DNA from: the human T2T-CHM13v2.0 reference genome, Homo sapiens
Assembly (NCBI RefSeq): GCF_009914755.1
Contig: NC_060930.1
DNA length: 64,000 nucleotides
Direction: 5' to 3' (one strand)
Shown: one piece after another, positions 53,291 through 64,000 of the stretch
Layout: the number at the start of each line of letters is the position of its first letter
Numbering within the stretch: the stretch's first letter is position 1
Notes under the pieces: generated by a model
Seen by the model: only the letters and a program-made list of their open reading frames with translations
What the model was told of the DNA's origin: nothing
Databases searched by the model: none
Made by a program: the position numbers and the translations under genes

Positions 53291-53441
53291 TTAAAAGCAT
53301 ACCAATTCATAATCATCACTAATTCACAACCTTTATGTGTTATACAGTTGCTAGAATACAATGGTAGTTATATTTTACATTATTTAGTCTTACTTATTCT
53401 AATCAATATTCAAAGACTGGTAGAAATATACATATACTCAC

Positions 53442-53588
53442 ACTGCACTTGTTATCTATTCTTTGATTAGTCTTCCTGAATTCACCAGAAGGAGTCAGAG
53501 ATGGTTTAAAATAAACACTTCGATTTGTTGCTATGGAAACTGGCTTTGGGGTCATAAGTCTCTGAACAGGAGGATATTGAGAATCCAC
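53442..53588 (-). CDS. NUP153: NUP153 exon 9 (147 nt; VDSQYPP...RIDNKCS)
   Basis: ctgtaAG acceptor, GTGAGT donor; ORF 53403..53588. Confidence 0.95.
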
Positions 53589-53920
53589 CTTACAGGTAAA
53601 GAGAAATCAAAAACATTTATTTTCATATAAATCAATGATTCATATCTAAATTTTGACAATAGCTAACATGACCTAAAGACCATGAGTATTTCCCAGAGAA
53701 ATATACAGTAGATACAAACAAATAAGAGGAAAAACTGATAATAATGGAACCTAAGGTATGTATTCATATACCTATGCACATAAATATACACACATATAAT
53801 TCTAAAATGGCTTCACGGATACTCTATATTTCATTCCAGACTTAATGACTTTTCACACACATGCATGCATACAAAATGGAACTATATTCAAAACAGCACT
53901 ACAGATCAAACCTTTTACAG

Positions 53921-54329
53921 TTTTTTGTTTTTTTTTTTTAAGAGACGGACTCCTGCTCTGTCACCCAGACCACAGCTCACTGTAGGTGAGACCTGGGTGA
54001 TCCTCCCACCACAGCCTCCTGTGTACACAGGCGTGCGCCACCACACCCGGCTAATTTTTTTGGTTTTTTTTTGTAGAGACAGGGTCTCGCCATGTTGCTC
54101 AGGCTGGTCTCAAACTCCTGGGCTCAAGCAATCTGCCTGCCTCAACCTCCCAAAGTGCTGAGATTACAGACATGAGGCAACTCACCTGGCTTTTTTTTTT
54201 TTTTTTAAATGGAGACTAGGTCTTGCTGTGTTGCCCAGGCTGATCTCAAACTTCTGGGCTCAAGCAATCCTTCTGCCTCAGCCTCTCAAAGAGTGCTGGG
54301 ATTACAGGCATGAGCCACTGCACCTGGCC
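53921..54329 (-). mobile_element. Deleted AluJ + left-monomer (FLAM-like) Alu
   Basis: Two consecutive old Alu pieces. Confidence 0.8.
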
Positions 54330-54388
54330 CAGAGTGAATTTTAAATGCATGAACTAAAATGTACTTTTGTCACATTTTCCCTGAATTA

Positions 54389-54735
<347 letters not shown>

Positions 54736-55635
54736 TAGCTATGAAAATATTTTAACTCCCAAAAATGTGACCGAATCCCTCTCCAAGTTATTTCCCCCAT
54801 TGTTATTTAAATACCAAACCAAACCAAAAATCTTACAATGTAAGTCTAAATGGTAAATCACTGTTAAGACTTCCAAACTGTAAAATGAACTCAATTTATT
54901 ATGTAAGTACACCAACTGTTTTGTTAACAGTCCTTTGCTAAACTGAAACATAGTAAAAATCCTGTTGGTATAAAACCACTATAAAGCCAGAAGCTTCTAA
55001 CTCTGTCCAAAGACTGTAATCCTATGAATAAGGTCCTTTCATTCAGCAGCAGCTGTGAACAACATTGGTTTCCAGGGCAAAGCCTCTGTATGGTTACTAA
55101 CTCTTCCCTAAAACCTCTTCGCAAATGTGACCTTACATACAACTCAATAAGAGAGTCTATTTTGTAGACTGTTCTGATAACATCTGTGAAACATGGGCTA
55201 TGATACTGTATTCTGGCTTTTTATTTCTTAGCACCCATTAATAAACTTTTATGGATACGATACTCAACCATTAGTAAAACTGTTATTGATAAGAACTTAC
55301 ATTATGACATAATTTTAAAATTTCACCTCTTATTATAAAATAACCTGATATAAATGAGGGGTTGAGAAAAGCTAGTAGCTTAAATTAAGCCCATCATAGA
55401 AACTACTAATAGATTCCTTCTTGCCTAATTCCAAATGTCTAGGTAATTCCAAAAATTGAGAAGCAACACTCTTCCAATAAAAAGTTCAATATTAGCTTTC
55501 TTTGCATCAGAATTTCATTACAGATAATAATTTATCAATATCTTAGTCATTGCAATTAATTCATAAAATTATAATTTAAATAATTACTTTTGAGGAACTT
55601 GGTATTCCAAGAAATGTTTTCAAAAGAAAAATCCA

Positions 55636-55972
<337 letters not shown>

Positions 55973-56272
55973 TTAACCAGCTATAAATAAACTAACAAAA
56001 GATACCTCTTTAACCCAAACTATCAAACATTGTATTTTTTTCCCACAGTAACCGCCAAAGTTAATTTTAAGCAAATAGGATATATTAAAAGGGCAGCAAG
56101 ATATAATGATCAACTTTATCAGTTCCACTATCTTGAAACAGTATTTTGTTTGGCTGATGAGAGATCTGCCTAATTGAAATTCTACTACACACAATAGATT
56201 TCACAAAATTTTGGTTAATGAGGAAAGTATACAAAGATGATGATGTGCAATGAGGACTTTAGTTTACTGAAC

Positions 56273-56581
<309 letters not shown>

Positions 56582-56762
56582 GATCACTCCTATTTTTATT
56601 TATCAAAAGGTAACAGTAAGCCATAAAGTCTGTCAAGATCCTCAAGATGGAAATGCTGAATAGCCCAAAAAAAAATTGGATGAGTATCTACTACATATAC
56701 AATATTGTCCTGAGGACTGCAGAAGAGAGTAAAATGTCCAAGTAGAAGAATACTATTTTTCA

Positions 56763-57056
56763 GGGTCAGGCACAGTGGCTCACACCTTAGTCCCGGCACT
56801 TTGGGAGGCCACGGCAGGCAGATCACCTGAGCTCAGGAGTTTGAGACCAGTCTAGCCAAAACGGTGAAACCCTATCTCTACTAAAAATACAAAAATGAGC
56901 AGGGCATGATGGCACGTGCCTGTAATCTCAGTTACTAGGGAGGCTGGGGCACGAGAATCGCTTGAACCTGGGAGCCATAGGTCGCAGTGAGTCAAGATGG
57001 CACCACTGCACACCAGTCTGGATGACAGAGCGAGACTGAGACTCAAAAAAAAAAAG
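56763..57056 (+). mobile_element. AluS
   Basis: Full dimer. Confidence 0.88.
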
Positions 57057-57176
57057 AATATTATTTTTCAAACATGTTCCCTAATGTCTAAACTAAATCC
57101 AATTTGTATACTTGTGAACTTTAAACACAACAAAATTGTAGACAGTTTAAATAACTAAATGCTAAAGAAGTTTTAC

Positions 57177-57230
57177 CTTTTCTCTTTTGGCCTGAAAATC
57201 TGTGATATCTATCCCACTCCTATCAAGAGG
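57177..57230 (-). CDS. NUP153: NUP153 exon 8 (54 nt; PLDRSGIDITDFQAKREK)
   Basis: T14-CAG acceptor, AAG|GTAAAA donor. Confidence 0.94.
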
Positions 57231-57261
57231 CTGAAAAAAAAAAAAAACACTATTAGAATAG

Positions 57262-57456
<195 letters not shown>

Positions 57457-57495
57457 TGAACAATATTTTGTAAAAAGGTTTAAATCTCAACTTAC

Positions 57496-57540
57496 AGAAT
57501 TCAGAGGAGAAGAAACAATGGATGGAATTCTTTTTGCATC
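57496..57540 (-). CDS. NUP153: NUP153 exon 7 (45 nt; DAKRIPSIVSSPLNS)
   Basis: ttaacAG acceptor, GTAAG donor. Confidence 0.94.
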
Positions 57541-57632
57541 CTGTTAAAGTTGAAAAAATAACAAAATTAAGATTTTTCAATAATATCAAGTTTTGTTACA
57601 CTCCTGTATTAATCGTGATTTTAAAAATTTAC

Positions 57633-57749
57633 CGCTAAAGGGCTTGACATCTTCTCTAAAGACTGCAATATTCGCCGAGCTGTTGAACTGGTCACACCGT
57701 AAGATTGTGCACTGAGTTGCTTAGCTTTCATTTGTCTTCTAACTGGTGC
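57633..57749 (-). CDS. NUP153: NUP153 exon 6 (117 nt; APVRRQMK...KMSSPLA)
   Basis: tttacAG acceptor, GCG|GTAAAT donor; translated by hand. Confidence 0.95.
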
Positions 57750-58014
57750 CTGTAAAGTAAACCCTATATTATTTGTTGCAACATAAAATCTAAGGCACAT
57801 ATTTCATGCAGTGAAAATATTTACAAGATAGAATGGATGTCCAAAGTAAAACAGGATTTAATGCATTAACAGCAATTTATCTTTGGGTGGTATCATTAAA
57901 AGTTCAATTTTTTTCTTTATGCCTTTACTGGAAATCCAATTCTCTGATTGAGAAATTACCTTTACAATAACAAAAGAATGATAAGACAGCATGCACCATT
58001 TTAAAGAAAGTATG

Positions 58015-58319
58015 GGCCGGGCATGGTGGCTCATGTCTGTAATCCCAGCACTTTGGGAGGTGTGAGGAGGGCGGACTGCCTGAGCTCAGGAGTTCAAGAC
58101 CAGCCTGGGCAACATGGTGAAACCCCATCTGTATTAAAATACAAAAAATTAGCCAGGCGTGGCAGTGTGTGCCTGCAGTCCCAGCTACTCGAGAGGCTGA
58201 GGCAGGAGAACTGCTTTGAACCCAGGAGGCGGAGGTTGTGGTGAGCCGAGACTGCACCACTCTACTCCAGCCTGGGCAACAGAGCGAGACTCTTTCTCAA
58301 AAAAAAAAAAAAAAAAAAA
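58015..58319 (+). mobile_element. AluS
   Basis: Full dimer. Confidence 0.9.
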
Positions 58320-58529
58320 GTACTACACGCTAGCTTAAGCTTTAGAAAAAGCTCTCTACATACTTACACCATTCTGTTAACCCCTTCGGTAATAACAGAA
58401 TACTGTCCTCCACCAACACTCAGAAATAAGTCTCATAATTACTGTTAATTATATATGGGAGAATAATCAGGAAAGCAAGTACAACATCTAAAAACAAGAC
58501 AAAAATCTTCAAATATAGGCATTTCATAG

Positions 58530-59715
<1,186 letters not shown>

Positions 59716-59845
59716 CTAATACCAAATAACAAAAGTCTAACAAATAAGTCTAACAAAATATGTTCGAGATCTGTATGCTGAACACTACAAAACACTGATG
59801 AAAAAAATTTATAAACCACCTAAATGGGAAGATATACCATGTTCA

Positions 59846-60229
<384 letters not shown>

Positions 60230-60494
60230 TCAAAATCCTAGCAGACTGTAGAAACAAGCCAATTTTAGATTTTTATAGAAAAGCAAAGGACCTAAAAAAG
60301 CCAAAACAAGCTTGAAAAAGAACAAAATTGGACTACTCACATCACCTAATTTTAAGACCTACCGGGAAGCCTATGGCAATCAAGACAGTGCAGTTGGCAA
60401 AAGGAAAGACACACAGATCAATGGGTGGGTCGGGGGAGGGATGGTCAAAAGTCCAGAAATAAAGCCATGTGAACTGGATTTCAACAAAGGTGCA

Positions 60495-61030
<536 letters not shown>

Positions 61031-61285
61031 TTTTAATTTAGAAAATAAAATGAACCTTGACCAATACCTCATACCACACACAAAAATCTACTCAAAATGA
61101 ATCATAGGCATAAATTAAAACCTAAAACTATAAAACTTGTAGAAGAAAACATAAGACAAAATCTTTGTGACATGGGATTATAATAGTAAAAATATCTCAG
61201 ATACGACACCAAAAGCATGAAACCATTAAGAATACACACACACGCACACACACACACAAAAGATGTCATCAAAAGTAAAACTTCT

Positions 61286-61562
61286 GGCTGGGCGCGGTGG
61301 CTCACGCCTGTAATCCCAGCACTTTGGGAGGCCAACGCGGGTGAATCACAAGGTCAAGAGTTCGAGACCAGCCTGGCTAAGATGGTGAGAAACTCCGTCT
61401 CTACTAAAAATACAAAAATCAGCCAGGTGTGGTGGCAGGCACCTGTAATCCCAGCTACTCAGGAGGCTGACGCAGAGAATTGCTTGAACCCAGGAGGTGG
61501 AGGGTGCGCCACTGCACTCAAGCTTGGGCGACAGCACAAGACCTGTCTCAGAGAAAAAAAAA
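61286..61562 (+). mobile_element. AluS in L1
   Basis: Dimer with small right-arm deletion. Confidence 0.88.
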
Positions 61563-62685
61563 ATAACAACTTCTGCTCTTCAAAAGACACTGTTAAGATA
61601 CACCAGAGAATGGGAGAAAATATTCGCAAAACATATAACAAAGTATTTGTACCCTGAAAAATGAACTCTCTCAAAATTTATTAATAAGAAAATAACCCAA
61701 TTTTTAAATGGGTGGAAGATTTGAACAGACACTTCACCAAAGAAGATATTTCACCAAAAGATAGGCTGATAGCAAATAAGCACCAAATAAACACATGAAA
61801 AGACATGCAACATCATTAGTCATTACGGAAGTACAAATCAAAATCAGAAGTTGGGGTTACCACTACATGCCTACTAGAATAGCAAAAACAAACAAAAAAC
61901 CTGACACCACCAAGTGCTGACAAGGATGAACAGCAACTCTTATATTACCAGTCAGAATGAAACCTGGTACCAGCCACTCTGGAAAACAGTTTGGCAGTTT
62001 ATTATAAAGTTTACTGTATACTTACCATATGACCCATCAATTCAACTCCTAGGTATTTGTATTTACCTGAGATGAAAATGAATGCTCACAAAAAACATTC
62101 ATAGCAGCTTCATTCATAATTGCCAGAAACTGGAAACAACTCAGTGTCTTTTCACTGGTGAATAATAAACCAACTGTACTAACCATACTACTCAGCAATA
62201 AAAAGGAACTATTAAAAGATGCAAAAACAAATGGATCTCAAATGCATTATGCTAAGTAGAATAAGCCAGACTCAAAAGGTTACATATGACTAAACGTATA
62301 TGACATTCTGGAAAGGCCAAAACTACAGAGAAAGAAAACAGATCCGTGGTTGCCAGAGGGTTGTAGGAGAAGGGTTGACTCAAGAGATACATAAGGTAAC
62401 GTTTTGGGGTGATGAAAATGTCTGATCAATATTTGATTGTAGAAGTGGTTATATACATAATAATATGTTTTGTTAAAGCTCAAATACTCTAAAACAATGA
62501 AAAATTGTAGTATGTGTAATTTATACGTCATTTAAAAAAAAGAATCACATTTCTTGAGATACACGCACATATCTAATACATAAAACACTCACTTAGGTCT
62601 AAAATAATGTTTATATACCCTAAATGAAAAAAATATAACCCATAGCTGTTGTTTTCCCAAAGAACAATATTAAATCAAAACTACT

Positions 62686-63005
62686 GGCCGGGTGCAGTGG
62701 CTCACGCCTGTAATCCTAACACTTTGGGAGGCCGGGGTGGGCGCATCACGAGGTCAAGAGATCATCAAGACCATCCTGGCCAACACAGTGAAACCCGTCT
62801 CTACTAAAAATACAAAAAATTAGCTGGGCGTGGTGGCATGTGCCTGTACTCCCAGCTACTTGGGAGGCTAAGGCAGGAGAATCGCTTGAAACCAGGAGAC
62901 GGAGGTTGCAGTGTGGTCCGAGATTGTGCCACCGCACTCCAGCCTGGGCGACAGAGCCAAGACTCCATCTCGAAAAAATATAAATAAAAGAAAAATAAAA
63001 AATAA
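62686..63005 (+). mobile_element. AluS
   Basis: Full dimer. Confidence 0.9.
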
Positions 63006-63103
63006 ATCAAAACTATTTTTTTGAGCACAAAGTAATTTATTATCCAGTTAAAGTGTAAAAAAAAAGAAAAAAAAAGATCATCAACCCTTCTATTGGAACC
63101 TAC

Positions 63104-63232
63104 CTGATAAGGTGTATTTCGTAGTTTAGACTGTCTTACAGCAGCTGCTGCCCCACCGTATGTTGTTTTTCCAGGATAAAAAGGAGAATCTCCAAGCTGA
63201 CTGGTTTTAAGGATTGAAGAATTCCCAAGTGA
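63104..63232 (-). CDS. NUP153: NUP153 exon 5 (129 nt; SLGNSS...KLRNTPYQ, M9/PY-NLS-like region)
   Basis: gtgcAG acceptor, CAG|GTAGG donor. Confidence 0.96.
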
Positions 63233-63267
63233 CTGCACAGAAACAGAATGATAAATTATAAGCCATA

Positions 63268-63370
63268 TGAACCCAGGAGGTGGAGGTTGCAGTGAGTTAA
63301 GATCATGCTGCTACACACTCAAGCCTGGGCAACAGCAAAAGACTCTTGTCTCAGAAAAAAAAAAAAAAAA
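63268..63370 (+). mobile_element. 5'-truncated Alu 3' fragment in intron 4
   Basis: TSD aaattataagc at 63253 and 63368. Confidence 0.85.
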
Positions 63371-63428
63371 TTATAAGCAATAAACACTCAAAACTAATGT
63401 GATTAAATCCAACCCAGTTAGTACTCAC

Positions 63429-63568
63429 AGGGGAAAGTGTTCCAAAGGCAGACAAGTTGAATGCTGGTTTTTTTGAGCTGGTGGCAGTGTGCTGTGAGAG
63501 TGAGTGAGAACGTTCAGCTTCTGGGGACCACAGAGGTGGCAATGAAGTGTTCTTTGAAACAGTTATAT
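63429..63568 (-). CDS. NUP153: NUP153 exon 4 (140 nt; DITVSKN...AFGTLSP)
   Basis: tttcAG acceptor, GTGAGT donor; in frame with neighbours. Confidence 0.96.
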
Positions 63569-63721
63569 CTGAAACAAAATTACATAATCCATAGTAATAA
63601 CACCAATACAAGAGCCTAGATTTTTATAAATAGAAAATAAAAATTACAACCAAGTCAGAAAAAAAACCCATAAAATTTAATGTTACTACCCAAATTATGT
63701 ACTACCACATGTCAAGAATAC

Positions 63722-63970
63722 CTTTATCAGAAGCTCTTGAAGAAAAACCACTGGTAGTTGAGATGTTATCATCATCATGCTGAGAGGTAGAATCTTTAAT
63801 TTCCTTTACAAGGGAAAATCCCGAACTGCCAATTGGGAATGCCGAGGATGTAGATGGCTGACAGTGTAATGCAGGGGATTCCAACATGGAAAAATTCAGA
63901 TGGCTCCGATGAAGAGAAGGCCTTGTTAACACATCTGGATAATTTGAAGCAGTACTAGTTGTTGAAGGTT
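63722..63970 (-). CDS. NUP153: NUP153 exon 3 (249 nt; EPSTTSTASNYPDV...SSRASDK)
   Basis: Acceptor ttttaAG, donor G|GTATT; matches ORF 63702..63932. Confidence 0.96.
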
Positions 63971-64000
63971 CTTAAAAGAAAAGCATTAATATTATGAATA

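Noticed and set aside
53583-53595. Exon 9 starting with GT after AAG as a second recursive site
   Set aside because: Reconstituted donor AAG|GTGGAT is a poor U1 match and does not mirror the upstream donor

Overview
Primate, almost certainly human, genomic DNA. The window holds exons 3-22 of NUP153 (nuclear-basket FG nucleoporin) on the minus strand, its ~1.06 kb 3' UTR and ~3.2 kb of downstream sequence. Exons 1-2 lie beyond the right edge, and exon numbering follows my recollection of the reference gene. All 20 coding exons were located by translation and GT-AG boundaries. They splice into one uninterrupted frame (4094 nt from exon 3 to the stop) encoding the M9-like region, four RanBP2-type zinc fingers, the FxFG domain and the basic C-terminus RKIKTAVRRRK. 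The introns are very repeat-dense: ~60 Alus, fragmented L1M, L2/MIR, MER30, MER8, MER44, an LTR remnant, a full-length Hsmar1 mariner and a U6 pseudogene. I find no new multi-gene system, and nearly all short ORFs in the supplied track are Alu/L1 artefacts or exon shadows. The most interesting items are: a 93-nt in-frame Alu-derived cassette exon in intron 11; a U6/L1 chimeric retrogene; a full-length Hsmar1 with both TIRs; exon 13 regenerating the exon 12 donor (recursive-splicing candidate); a twin-priming-type inverted old L1; a templated-insertion scar; and two introns that each reduce to 81 nt once a truncated Alu is removed.
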